This document shows, in pieces, positions 62,301 through 64,000 of a DNA stretch of 64,000 nt. A program made the translations under genes and the position numbers. Where the stretch lies: the NCBI GenBank assembly GCA_030265395.1, contig JARFYF010000074.1, forward strand, positions 45,547,342 to 45,611,341, given 5' to 3'. The stretch is from Rhina ancylostomus (taxonomy: Eukaryota). Within the stretch, counting starts at the first letter, position 1. Every line of letters begins with the position of its first letter. The notes below the pieces were generated by a model. It saw nothing but the letters and a program-made list of their open reading frames with translations. It did not search any database and was not told the origin of the DNA.

Positions 62301-63429
62301 CATCAGATGGGGAGTTAGAATCTATGGGAATTTGGGTGAAAATTCATGCCTAATGCAAGATTTTCTTCTTTTTTTAAAAAAAGAAATATTCCTTTTCTAC
62401 TCACTCCATTTATGATTGAGAAGCATAATTTTCATACCTTTGTCTGGTAATAATTTTTTTCAGTACAATGAATAACAGTCATTTCTGTCAGACAGCCATC
62501 TGGAAGTGTCCTATCTGACAGAGCACAGTGTTATCTGCGCCAATAGACGTCAGAATCCAAAACACAAATCCTCGGAGTACACCACCAAATAACCAGTCTG
62601 GGCTGGATAAGACAACATGGCACAAAACAAACTCACTTACCCACACTTTTTCTCAACACAGCTTTTCATTTAGAAATGGGAACATCTGCTTCTTGAAGCA
62701 GGGAGGACTGCAAACCACTGAGCTTGAAGGTCAGTCTCACAATGTAAGTAGCTACATCCCACATTTAATCCCGTAATCACCATATCACCTCAGTAACCCC
62801 TCCACAGTTCCAAATTTAACTCACCTCTAGTAAGTGATTTGTTTATCCAGCAGCTTTTCAATCAGACTAATTTAGTAAGGACGAGTGTAGGTATAATGTG
62901 AACACTGAGACTGGCACTCAAGGAACAGGGACTGTGTAGTTGTACCATGCTGGTGGAGAGAGCTGCAAATCTAAATTTCTTAAGGAGTGAATCAGTACAA
63001 CAACCAAGTGTAAAACAAATCAAAAGCATGATTAGAGATATACTGACACAAACACTTCTATTAAAAGGATTTATCAGCACTCAGACTATGGAACTGCAGC
63101 CCTGACCTAGGGATTAAAAATGTCTCAACAAAAAGACTTTGTATTATTTATTATTCCCAACTAAAACTTTTATTTTCATGTGTTTCTCATATGAAGACGA
63201 ACGTTTGAAGAAGTCACTTTGTAGAGCTGAGCAGAAGAGGGGAAAAGGCCAGATGAATAGTTGGGGTAAGGCCTACTTGAACAGGAGGGCTCCATAGGCA
63301 GTGAGGAAAGTCCGCAGCAGGATTCTAAGAGTTCCAGAGGGTCAGGGGTGCTCATTGACTGAGTGGAGCAGAGGGAGTGGGGGATAAGAAGCTGGTGCTG
63401 GTGCTGGGCTGGTGGACAGGATGCATAAT

Positions 63430-63830
63430 GTGGCACAGGTAGCAGTGCTGCTGCTTCACAGCTCCAGAGACCCAGGTTTGATCCTGACACCCCAGTGCTG
63501 TCTATGTGATTGCATTTTCTACGTGATCCAGGCCCTCAGTAACCCAGATGTACACTGCCTCCTCTCAAATCTCCAAATCTGCAGCCAACTCTGTTGTCTG
63601 TGTGGAGTTTGCATGTTCTCCCTGTGACCACGTGGATTTCCTTTGGGTGCTCCAGTTTCCTCCCACATCCCAAAGATGTGCAGTTTGCTTGATTAGTTGT
63701 CCACTGTAAATTACTCCTAGTGGTAGTTGATGAAAACATAGGGAGAATAGACTACAGGGAAAATCAGAGGGGAGAGGGGCTGTTCTGTGAGTCGGCACTG
63801 ACTTGATGCACCAAAATGGGCTCCTTCTAA
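63430..63830 (+). mobile_element. V-SINE with an internal ~83-bp insertion
   Basis: Head tggcacaggtag..cacagctccagagacccaggtttgatcctgac. The V domain resumes at gtgtggagtttgcatgttctccc (~63600). Confidence 0.82.
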
Positions 63831-64000
63831 GTTTCAAGGAAATATGGGAAGTGTTTCCAGAGCTTGCCAAGGTGGGATGTGTGAAACCATGCAAGCACCT
63901 GAAGGAGAAGCAAAAGCTTTCAATCCAAGGCCAGAGGTACAGAGGACCAGTGGAACTTGGTAACAGCAGGGTTAATTGGAACAGCTTGGTTCAAAGCATC

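Overview
This is vertebrate genomic DNA, almost certainly from a cartilaginous fish. The repeat set of CR1/HER1 LINEs, HE1/V-SINEs, Deu-domain SINEs and Penelope fragments is typical of elasmobranchs, and the assembly is a gappy draft with many N-runs. Two spliced protein-coding genes lie on the minus strand. The first is an N4BP3-like (LZTS/Fezzin family) gene with 3 coding exons (49839-43958, ~614 aa). The second is a HIPK4-like kinase gene with 2 firm and 2 inferred exons (23515-12133, ~565 aa). Most of the remainder is decayed transposons. These include the 5' half of a GC-rich CsRN1-clade Gypsy LTR retrotransposon (LTR, tRNA-Trp PBS, CHCC Gag knuckle, PR, RT) cut off by a gap, and several Penelope-derived short repeats carrying minimal hammerhead-ribozyme cores. 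The most notable points are: the N4BP3 homolog lacks the PY motif; the HIPK4 homolog has an intron layout and neighbourhood unlike mammalian HIPK4; the CsRN1-type element; and the hammerhead motifs. I found no CRISPR array, rRNA, intact tRNA or convincing wholly new system. Repeat boundaries are approximate and read by eye. Comparisons with human proteins and gene structures are from memory.
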